From an uncultured Actinomycetes bacterium (GTDB taxonomy: Bacteria > Actinomycetota > Thermoleophilia > UBA2241): DNA of 64,000 nucleotides. The notes below the pieces were generated by a model that worked only from the letters and a program-made list of their open reading frames with translations, searched no databases and was not told where the DNA came from. The position numbers and the translations under genes were made by a program. Numbering within the stretch: the stretch's first letter is position 1; each line of letters begins with the position of its first letter. The DNA lies in NCBI GenBank assembly GCA_963767005.1, contig CAVYCN010000004.1:256001-320000 (forward strand), read 5' to 3'. Below, one piece after another: positions 1-7,621 of the stretch.

Positions 1-1073
1 TAGATGATGCTGGCCCCTGCCAGCGCCACCGTGAGTCCGGTGAGGGTCTTCTCGTGACCGCTCTGGGCGTCACCGAGCTTGCTGTCGCCCTACGCCCCGG
101 CGATGTAGCTCGGCAGGCGATACTGTCTGGCCAGCTGGGCCACCGCCGCGCCGATCAGGGCGAGCTCCGGCGAGCCGACCGACGCGGCCGCGTAGCGCAG
201 GTCCATGGCGGTCGTCGACGAGCCGTAGATGATCGGGCTACCGCGCTCGGTGAGCTCGGCGAGCACGAGGCCCGACAGCACCTCGGCGTTGTGCTGCACG
301 AGCGTGCCGGCGAGCGAGACGGGGGCCGAGCCGCCCGACATCGCCATGGACAGGATGGTGTCGGGCAGGCCGGCGCGCGAGCACTCGATGATCACCTCGG
401 TGGCGTCGCGCGGCAGCTTGAGCGGGCTGACCGGGCAGACGCCGAGGCCCAGGAACGGACGCTCGCGCAGCTTGTCCTCGCCGCCGGCGACGATCGCGGC
501 GAGCTCGATGCACTTGCGCGCCTCCCACTTGTCGATGGCCTCGCAGCCCACCGGCTTGGTGGTGTTGAGCAGGGCCGCCTCGAGCCCGTGGAGCGCGTAG
601 GTCTCGGTGGGCACGTCGCTTGCGCCCACGGCCGACTCGTAGCCGTCGATCTCGGGCAGCGCATCGACGAGCCGGGCGATGTCGCCCACGTCCTTGATGG
701 TGGCGTCGCGGTACTCGCCCGTGTAGGGGTCGATGTATTTGATGCCTTCGTCGAAGTTCGTGAAGGTCACGCGACCGGGCTCGACGATGAAGTCGCGGTC
801 GGGCGTGCGGCCGCAGTAGGCGATCTGCGACGGGCAGGCCGCCAGAGACTCCGCGACGACGTGGGCCGGGATGCGCACCATGCGGGTCTCGCGGTCGACC
901 CGGCAGCCGCCGTCGGCGAAGATGTCGAGTGGCTCGTCGTCTTCGACGAACACGCCGGTGCGCTCGAGGACCTCGAGGCTGGCGAGGTGGATGTCGGCGA
1001 TCTCGTCGGGTGCGAGGACGCTGAGCGAGGCTCCTCCGCTGCGCCCGCGCCCCGCGTGCTGGGGCCGTTTCAC
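1..1073 (-). CDS. mttB: Trimethylamine:corrinoid methyltransferase (MttB family), pyrrolysine-type; in-frame TAG at 92-90; 3' end outside the window
   Basis: MttB-like motifs (CPVSPLKL, SMAMSGGSAPVSLAGTLVQHNAEVLSG, YGSSTTAMDLR, VGSPELAL). After the TAG the frame continues GDSKLGDAQSGHEKTLTGLTVALAGASII to the window edge, matching the post-Pyl MttB segment. GGGAGG RBS before the GTG. Confidence 0.9.
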
Positions 1074-1251
1074 GAAGCACCTCCCGTGGATCGCTCGCTG
1101 ACCATAGGGTGGCCGCCGTCTCGCGCACCACGACCGGTGATGCGGGCAAGGACCGCGGTCCCGCCTCGGCGCCGGCGATCGACTTTCTACGACGCGCGGC
1201 CCCCCACGGCGTGCAGTCTAGCCGAACGTCGCCGGGGCTCGCCGTGGAGCG

Positions 1252-1809
1252 CTAAGTTTGGCCCGCTTTCCGCCGCCGGTAGCTGCGCGCCTTCGCCTGG
1301 CTGCCGCAGACGTCCATGCTGCACCAGTGCCGGGAGCGGTTCTTGGACTGGTCGTAGAAGGCCCACCGGCAGGTGTCGCTGCGGCACACTTTGAGGCGCG
1401 GCCAGGCGCCGGTCTCACCGGCGTCGTGGACGATCGAGAGCAGGCGCGCGAGCGCGCCGTCGACGTCGCTCGACACCGGCTCGAGCGGCGCCTGGCCGTC
1501 GGTGCCGAAGCGTACGACCAGCCGGCCGCGCCGGGCGCTTCTGTTCAGGGCGGCGAGCGCGTCGTCGGCGACCGGCTCGCCCTCGTTGTTGGCCAGCAGA
1601 GCGGCGCGCAGCGCTTCGCGCAGCTCGACGGCACGTCGCAGGTCGGCGGCGCGCACCTCGAGCCCGGGGGCGGCCAAACCGTGACCGGTGAGCCAGTCGG
1701 CCAGCTCGGCGGGCGTCGCCAGACCGTCGACGTCCTCGTCGAGATCGCGCGTGTTGACGAACTCCGCGACGAGCTCGAGCCTGCCCGGGCCCTGCTGCCC
1801 GTCGTCCAC
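1252..1809 (-). CDS. CGNR zinc-finger / ABATE-domain regulator
   Basis: FVNT near the N-terminus; C-terminal LKVCRSDTCRWAFYDQSKNRSRHWCSMDVCGSQAK; AAGGAG RBS before the GTG. Confidence 0.9.
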   Translation of the reverse strand: MDDGQQGPGRLELVAEFVNTRDLDEDVDGLATPAELADWLTGHGLAAPGLEVRAADLRRAVELREALRAALLANNEGEPVADDALAALNRSARRGRLVVRFGTDGQAPLEPVSSDVDGALARLLSIVHDAGETGAWPRLKVCRSDTCRWAFYDQSKNRSRHWCSMDVCGSQAKARSYRRRKAGQT

Positions 1810-1923
1810 GTGCCGCTCCTTTCTTGCTCCGACCGGCGCTCGCGGTGTGGCGATGGCGGCGCACGAGGGGACTCCGACCACGCCGTCGCCTCGCTCGCAA
1901 GTATACCGGCCGGCGCTCGATCT

Positions 1924-2012
1924 GACACCAGCAAAGTGTGTTTACACGTAACGCATTACCGGTAGAATGAGTTTGCCGGTGTCGTCACCGGCAACACGGT
2001 AAAGCAGGTGAC
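1924..2012. promoter_or_regulatory. Three tandem 29-bp imperfect palindromic operators overlapping divergent promoters
   Basis: GACACC-N17-CGTAAC (1924-1952), ATTACC-N17-GGTGTC (1955-1983), GTCACC-N17-GGTGAC (1984-2012). TTTACA-N16-TAGAAT on + strand; TATACT on - strand at 1905-1900. Confidence 0.65.
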
Positions 2013-2132
2013 GGTCAACGGTTCCGGGGTAGCACCTGGGACGGCCGGTGGACGAGGCGCAGGGGAAGGTCGACCGCCGGAGCGGCACGCCGGAGACGGC
2101 GAGCGCCGGTCCGGGCGACGCGAGGAGGCGTG

Positions 2133-2276
2133 ATGCCGGACTATCTGATCGCTGAGATGCAGCGCCAGCGGCTGCGTGAGCTCGACGAAGCGACGGCGCC
2201 CGGTGGGCGGCTGTCGGTGCGGCTGCGCCAGGCGCGTGAAGCACGGCGTGCCCGCCGCGAGCGGTCGTCGCGGTAG
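2133..2276 (+). CDS. Small 47-aa Arg-rich protein (not in the ORF track)
   Basis: GAGGAGG RBS, then MPDYLIAEMQRQRLRELDEATAPGGRLSVRLRQAREARRARRERSSR*. Confidence 0.55.
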   Translation: MPDYLIAEMQRQRLRELDEATAPGGRLSVRLRQAREARRARRERSSR

Positions 2277-2325
2277 GCCCGGTCGCGGGCGAGGGCGGGA
2301 CGAGATGGTCAGACGAGGAGAAGAC

Positions 2326-2514
2326 ATGATCGGGTTTCGCAGCACACGGAGTCGGCACGATGCGGCGGGGGCGGCCGCCCGCAGTACGGGCGACGGCGCC
2401 GGCACCGAGCGCACCGACCGCGACCGCCATTTCGGGCGGCGCCTGGCGGTGCTGCTCGGCGAGGTGGGCGCGGCCATCGAGGCGCAGCCCGGGGCCAGCG
2501 CGGAACGACGCTAG
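2326..2514 (+). CDS. Small 62-aa hypothetical protein
   Basis: GAGGAG RBS before ATG; MIGFRSTRSRHD... Confidence 0.5.
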   Translation: MIGFRSTRSRHDAAGAAARSTGDGAGTERTDRDRHFGRRLAVLLGEVGAAIEAQPGASAERR

Positions 2515-2529
2515 CGGGAGGCACGAGCG

Positions 2530-2901
2530 ATGATCGGTATCGGACAAGGGTGGCAGGCGGCGGTCGTGCTCGCCGACAAGGCCGTCGTCTTCGTGTCGGG
2601 CCGGGTGGGGGCCCATGGGCGGGCCATACCCTCGGTCGTGCACGGCGGTGGCCTGTCGCTGACCGGCCTGGCGTTGCTGGCCGCGATCGTGGCAGGCGCG
2701 GTCGCGACGGTCCTGCGTAGCGGCCGGGTGGCGCGGGGCAGGGTGGCCGGACGGCGCGCGACAGGTTCGTGGAGGGCCGGCGATGGCCGTGAGCCGCTCG
2801 GCGGGGCGCCCGGCTTCGACCGCCGTCCCGTGGCCGTGCGCGCGCGGCGCGCGACGGGGAGCGACGACCGAGGGCGCCAGGGACGCGACGAACGGCGATA
2901 G
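2530..2901 (+). CDS. Hypothetical membrane protein
   Basis: GGGAGG RBS; hydrophobic stretch LSLTGLALLAAIVAGAVATVL. Confidence 0.5.
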   Translation: MIGIGQGWQAAVVLADKAVVFVSGRVGAHGRAIPSVVHGGGLSLTGLALLAAIVAGAVATVLRSGRVARGRVAGRRATGSWRAGDGREPLGGAPGFDRRPVAVRARRATGSDDRGRQGRDERR

Positions 2902-2910
2902 AATCAACGC

Positions 2911-3669
2911 ATGAGCGACCCGGACGTGGTGATCGGGATCGATGTGGCGGCCGCGCGGCCCAGCACCGCGGTAGCGGTGCGCACGGGTCGCGCCGGCGGT
3001 CGCGGCGGCCGGGGCGGCGCAGCCGCCCCGGCCGCCGTCGTCGAGTGGATGGAGGCCGACCACGGCCGCCGCGACGAGGTCGACGCGCTGCTCGCCTGGA
3101 TCGAACGCCACGACCCCGCCGTGGTCGCCATCGACGCGCCCCAGGCGTACCGCCGGCCGGCGCGGCCGCCGGCGCCGCAGCAGCGCGTCTGCGATCGCGA
3201 GCTCATGGCGCGGCGCATCAGCCTGTACCCCGTGCCGACGCGCGCGGCGGTCGACCAGGGCGCGGCCCGTCTGCCTGACTGGATGAAGGCCGGCTTCGAC
3301 TACTTCAGACGGCTGCGTCGGGCCGGCTTCGAGATCCCCGACGACGGCGCGGTGATGCCCGGCGCGCTCGGAGGGCCGCCGGCCATGCTCGAGGTCTATC
3401 CGTACGGGGCTTTCGCGGCGCTGCTCGGCGCGCTGCCGCCCAGCAAGGGCACGCGCGCGGGCCTGCGTCTGCGGATCATGACCCTGCGCCATGCCGGTCT
3501 GGAGTGGGACGAGTACTACGATCACGACTCGCTCGACGCGCTGGTCGCCGCGCTCACGGCGTGGCGCTTTCTGCAGGGTCGCGCGACGCCCGTCGGCGAC
3601 GCCGGCGAGGGGCTGATCTGGCTGCCCGTCCCGCGCGCCGAGCTGCGCGACTCCTACACCGCGTCCTGA
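2911..3669 (+). CDS. DUF429 family protein (predicted RNase H-like nuclease)
   Basis: VIGIDVA, VVAIDAP, RVCDREL, LEVYP and DSLDALVAA motifs; TAGAAT 6 nt before the ATG. Confidence 0.8.
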   Translation: MSDPDVVIGIDVAAARPSTAVAVRTGRAGGRGGRGGAAAPAAVVEWMEADHGRRDEVDALLAWIERHDPAVVAIDAPQAYRRPARPPAPQQRVCDRELMARRISLYPVPTRAAVDQGAARLPDWMKAGFDYFRRLRRAGFEIPDDGAVMPGALGGPPAMLEVYPYGAFAALLGALPPSKGTRAGLRLRIMTLRHAGLEWDEYYDHDSLDALVAALTAWRFLQGRATPVGDAGEGLIWLPVPRAELRDSYTAS

Positions 3670-3767
3670 CCTCCGCGTCGGGCGACGCGACGAGCGGAGG
3701 CGTGCCCGAGGCGCGGTGTACACTGGGTGACCACGAGCGGCGCGGCGAGCGGGACGGAGGTCGCACG

Positions 3768-4154
3768 ATGATGGAGATCACCTTCGGCGAGGGCCTCAGG
3801 GTCTGCGCCGAGCTCGACGGCTTCTCGGTCGACACCGACCAGCCGGTCGCGTCCGGGGGGGGCGCCTCTGCGCCCGGCCCGTACGACCTGTTCCTGGCCT
3901 CCCTTGCCACCTGTGCCGGCTTCTTCGCGCTGCGCTTCATGCGCGAGCGCGGGATCGACGTCGAGGGGGCCGGGCTCACCCTGTCGCACGAGAAGGATGC
4001 GGCGAGCGGCCTCGCGACCGAGGTGCGGCTCCATCTTACGCTGCCGCCCGGTTTCCCCGACAAGTACCGGCGGGCGATCGTGCTCGCCATGGACCAGTGC
4101 AAGGTCAAGCGTCAGCTCGAACGGCCGCCGCTGGTCACGGCGACCACCTCGTGA
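3768..4154 (+). CDS. OsmC family protein
   Basis: TDQPVASGGGASAPGPYDLFLASLATCAG ... DQCKVK; GGAGG RBS. Confidence 0.9.
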   Translation: MMEITFGEGLRVCAELDGFSVDTDQPVASGGGASAPGPYDLFLASLATCAGFFALRFMRERGIDVEGAGLTLSHEKDAASGLATEVRLHLTLPPGFPDKYRRAIVLAMDQCKVKRQLERPPLVTATTS

Positions 4155-4190
4155 CCGCGGTACCCGGGCCATGAGGACCGCCCCACCGCG

Positions 4191-4736
4191 ATGAGCCGCG
4201 CCTTCGTCAAGGAGACCGACGGCGCGCCCGACGAGCCGCTGCCGGACCGCCCGCTGAGCGAGCATCCCAACTACGTCACGGCCAGCGGTCTCGAGAAGCT
4301 GCGTGGCCGTGTCACCGAGCTCGAAGCCGCACGCCTCGAGCTCGCCCGGGCGGCTGCCGACGACGAATCGGCGCGCGACCGGCTGCGGTATGTCGAGCGC
4401 GACCTGCGGTACTTCAGACGGCGGCTCGAGACGGCGCGACCGGCCGAGCCCGCGGGCGACGCCACGGTGGGCTTCGGCGCGACCGTCGCCGTGCGCGACG
4501 ACGCCGGGCAGGAGCACCGCTACCGGGTCGTCGGTGAGGACGAGGCCGAGCCCGAGCGCGGCCTGGTGAGCTGGGTGTCGCCGCTCGCCCGCGTGCTCGA
4601 CGGGGCTCGCGTCGGCGACCACGTCGTGTGGCGCCGTCCCGCCGGCGCCCTCGGGTTGACCGTGCGTGCGATCGAGGCGGAGGCGCCGGCGGCGACGCCG
4701 CTGGCGCCGCGAGCCACCGGCGAAGGAGAGACGTGA
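4191..4736 (+). CDS. GreA/GreB family elongation factor
   Basis: MSRAFVKE, NYVTASG, YRVVGEDEA, VSWVSPLAR. Confidence 0.9.
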   Translation: MSRAFVKETDGAPDEPLPDRPLSEHPNYVTASGLEKLRGRVTELEAARLELARAAADDESARDRLRYVERDLRYFRRRLETARPAEPAGDATVGFGATVAVRDDAGQEHRYRVVGEDEAEPERGLVSWVSPLARVLDGARVGDHVVWRRPAGALGLTVRAIEAEAPAATPLAPRATGEGET

Positions 4737-4738
4737 GC

Positions 4739-5965
4739 ATGCGGTACAGGGCGTTCGGCACGACCGGGTTCGAGCCTTCAGTCCTCGGCTTCGGCGCGAT
4801 GCGGTTGCCGACGCTGCCGGCACGGAGCGGGACGCCGGGACCGGCGCCCATCGACGAGCCGGCAGCGACGGCCATGCTGCGGCGCGCGGTCGAGGCCGGC
4901 GTGAACTACGTCGACACGGCGTACGTGTACCACGGCGGCACGAGCGAGCCCTGGCTGGGGCGGGCGCTGCGCGCGGTCGCCGCCGACCTGTGCGGACCGG
5001 GCGCCGCCGGCCTCGCGGAGCTGCGTCGCCGCGTGAAGATCGCGACCAAGCTGCCGGTGTGGGAGGTCAAGAGTCGCGACGATCCCGATCGGCTGCTCGG
5101 CGAGCAGCTCGAGCGGCTGCAGCTCGACTCGATCGACTTCTACCTGCTGCACGGGCTCAGCGCCGACCGGCTCGCGACGCTGGCCGAGCACGACGTGCTG
5201 GGGTGGGCCGGGCGCGCCCTCGCCGACGGCCGCATCGGCCATCTCGGCTTCTCGTTCCACGACGACTACGAGGCCTTTCCACGGGTGGTCGACGCCACCG
5301 ACCTGTGGGAGTTCTGCCAGATCCAGTACAACTACATGGACGAGGACTACCAGGCCGGCACGCGCGGCCTCGAGTACGCCGCCGAGCGCGGCCTCGGCGT
5401 CATCGTGATGGAGCCGCTGCGCGGCGGCCAGCTCGCGCGGCGACCGCCCGCGGCGGTCGCCGCGCTCTGGGCCGCCGCCAACGAGCAGCGCGCGTCCCGC
5501 GGCCGCGAGCCCCGCAGCCCGGTCGACTGGGCGCTGCAGTGGGTCTGGAGCCGCCCCGAAGTGTCCTTCCTGCTGTCGGGTATGGGCACCATGGAGCAGC
5601 TCGAGGCCAACATCGCCAGCGCCGCGCGCGCACACACCGGCGCCCTGAGCGACGACGAGCTCGACGTCTGCCGGCAGGTGCGCGACGCGTACCTGGCCCT
5701 GAGTCCCATCCCCTGCACCGACTGTCGCTACTGCCTGCCCTGCCCGAGCGGCGTCGCCATCCCCCAGGTCTTCGAGGTCTACAACGAGGCCGAGATCTAC
5801 GGCGGCGGGCCCGCTGCGGCGCGTTTCGCCTACGGCTGGCTCGACGAGTCCGAGCGCGCCGAGCTGTGCACTCAGTGCCGCTCGTGCGAGGAGAGCTGTC
5901 CCCAGAAGATCGCGATCGTCGACTGGCTCGAGCGGATCCAGCAGTACCTCACGGTCGGCAAGTAA
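4739..5965 (+). CDS. Aldo/keto reductase with C-terminal 4Fe-4S domain
   Basis: LGFGAMRLP, NYVDTAYVY, IDFYLLHG, MEPLRGG; CTDCRYCLPCP and CTQCRSCEESCPQ. Confidence 0.92.
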   Translation: MRYRAFGTTGFEPSVLGFGAMRLPTLPARSGTPGPAPIDEPAATAMLRRAVEAGVNYVDTAYVYHGGTSEPWLGRALRAVAADLCGPGAAGLAELRRRVKIATKLPVWEVKSRDDPDRLLGEQLERLQLDSIDFYLLHGLSADRLATLAEHDVLGWAGRALADGRIGHLGFSFHDDYEAFPRVVDATDLWEFCQIQYNYMDEDYQAGTRGLEYAAERGLGVIVMEPLRGGQLARRPPAAVAALWAAANEQRASRGREPRSPVDWALQWVWSRPEVSFLLSGMGTMEQLEANIASAARAHTGALSDDELDVCRQVRDAYLALSPIPCTDCRYCLPCPSGVAIPQVFEVYNEAEIYGGGPAAARFAYGWLDESERAELCTQCRSCEESCPQKIAIVDWLERIQQYLTVGK

Positions 5966-6027
5966 GAGCCTCACCGGGCGCGCCGGCGGGCGCCCGGTCG
6001 CCGTCCGCCGCACTCCGCGTACGGACC

Positions 6028-6410
6028 GGGCCGGCGATCGTCGTCGCGAACCACACCACCGACGCCTTTCCGGTGAACAAGGGGGAGGTCGATCGGGTGG
6101 CCCTGCGGACGGCGCTCGGGCTGCTGGCCGCCGGTGAGGTCGTCGCGCTCTTTCCGGAGGGCGACCTGTACGCTGACGGCACGCTGCACCCGTTCCACCC
6201 CGGCGTGGGGTATCTCGCCGCTGCGAGCGGCGCCCCCGTCGTGCCGGCCGCCATCAGCGGGGCGCTCGGCGTGCGGGACCGGCGCTGGCTCGGTCGGCCG
6301 ACAGTGCGGCTCAGCGTGGGCGAGCCCATCGTGTTCGACGGCGCGTTCGTGCGCGGCCGTGCCGGCTGGATCGAGCGGACCGCGCGCGTACCCGCGCGGC
6401 GCGAGGGCCC
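6028..6410 (+). pseudogene. Remnant of a PlsC-like lysophospholipid acyltransferase
   Basis: GPAIVVANH joined directly to AFPV...LFPEG...PVVPAAI...LSVGEPI; no upstream start; HxxxxD motif broken. Confidence 0.7.
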
Positions 6411-6411
6411 G

Positions 6412-7581
6412 TTACGTCGCGGCCAGCAGCCGGGCCGCGACGCCGGCGATCGTCTGGATCCCGTACCCCTGACTGGGATCGCCGTTCGTGAACACCGCCA
6501 TCGAAAAGGTGCGCGGCCCCTTGCTCAGGCGTGCCACCTGGTGGACGAGCTGCCCGATGCTGGTGCCGCGCCAGCCGCCCTTGAACCAGACTTGCCAGCC
6601 GAGGGGTCGGGCTGTCGCGGGGATGCCCCAGCTCTGGTAGGACACGATGTGCGAGAGCAGGTAGAGCGCGAAGGCGCGATGGGCCTTGGGCACGAGTGAC
6701 GGCAGCCGGTAGAAGAAGCGTGCCTGGTCGGCGGCGGTGAGCTGCGCGCCGAAGAGCACCCCGGCGATGGAGAACCGGCTCATGCCGGCCGCCTTCGCGA
6801 GCGAGTACAGGCCGGCGTCGCCCACGACGCCGTAGACGGCTTCGGCCGCCGTGTTGTCGGACTCCTCGATCATGGGGGTCAGGGTGCTCACGGCCCACGA
6901 GCTCACGGTCGTGTGCGTGCGCAGGTACTCGACGAGGAGCATGGCCTTGATCACGCTGGCCGTCACGAACTGCTCGTTTTGGTGCCAGCCGCGCAGCGCG
7001 CCCGACGTGTCGACGACGGCGACCGCCGTCACCCCCGAGCGGCCTTTGAGCCAGGCGATGGCGCGGTCGATCGCGGCGGGCGAGGGGAAGGTGGCGTCGA
7101 CCGTCAGTCGGGCCGCGATTCGCCGCACCGCCGTGCGGCCGCGCGCGTCGGTGGCCGCGACGCTCCACGTGTAGACGCCCGGGGCGAGGTTGCAGCGGAA
7201 GGCGACGTGCTCGTCGGTGGCGTTGGGCACGGTGCCGGGGACGACCAGCGTCTTCACCGACCGGCCGGCGGCGGTGTGGACCGTGATCGTCGCTTGCGAG
7301 CGCCCGTAGGCGTCTTCGAGGCGGAAGGTCAGGGTCACCGTGGTGGCCCGCAGACACTCCACGTCGCCCCCTGCCACGGTGATGAAGGGCAGGTGGCTGA
7401 CGGGCAGGTGCACCTGCGGCGACGGCGAGGCCGCGGCCGGCGACGCGGCGGCGGCTGAAAGCGGCGTCGTGGCCGCGGCGCCCACGACCGTGGCTCCGCC
7501 CGTCAGGGCGACGACGATCGCGGCCGCCAGGGCCAGGGGACGAGCCCGGTGCCCTGACGCGTGGGGCGGAGTGGTGTCCAA
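6412..7581 (-). CDS. Secreted serine hydrolase (class A beta-lactamase-like fold) with N-terminal Ig/FlgD-like domain
   Basis: Signal peptide; SxxK (ASVIK), SDN, KGGW. Confidence 0.8.
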   Translation of the reverse strand: MDTTPPHASGHRARPLALAAAIVVALTGGATVVGAAATTPLSAAAASPAAASPSPQVHLPVSHLPFITVAGGDVECLRATTVTLTFRLEDAYGRSQATITVHTAAGRSVKTLVVPGTVPNATDEHVAFRCNLAPGVYTWSVAATDARGRTAVRRIAARLTVDATFPSPAAIDRAIAWLKGRSGVTAVAVVDTSGALRGWHQNEQFVTASVIKAMLLVEYLRTHTTVSSWAVSTLTPMIEESDNTAAEAVYGVVGDAGLYSLAKAAGMSRFSIAGVLFGAQLTAADQARFFYRLPSLVPKAHRAFALYLLSHIVSYQSWGIPATARPLGWQVWFKGGWRGTSIGQLVHQVARLSKGPRTFSMAVFTNGDPSQGYGIQTIAGVAARLLAAT

Positions 7582-7621
7582 GGTGGCCGGCCTCCTCGCG
7601 CGCTGAACGTGTTACGGACGT

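Noticed and set aside
90-92. Treating mttB as a 327-aa protein or nonsense pseudogene
   Set aside because: The TAG falls at the known Pyl position and conserved sequence continues after it.
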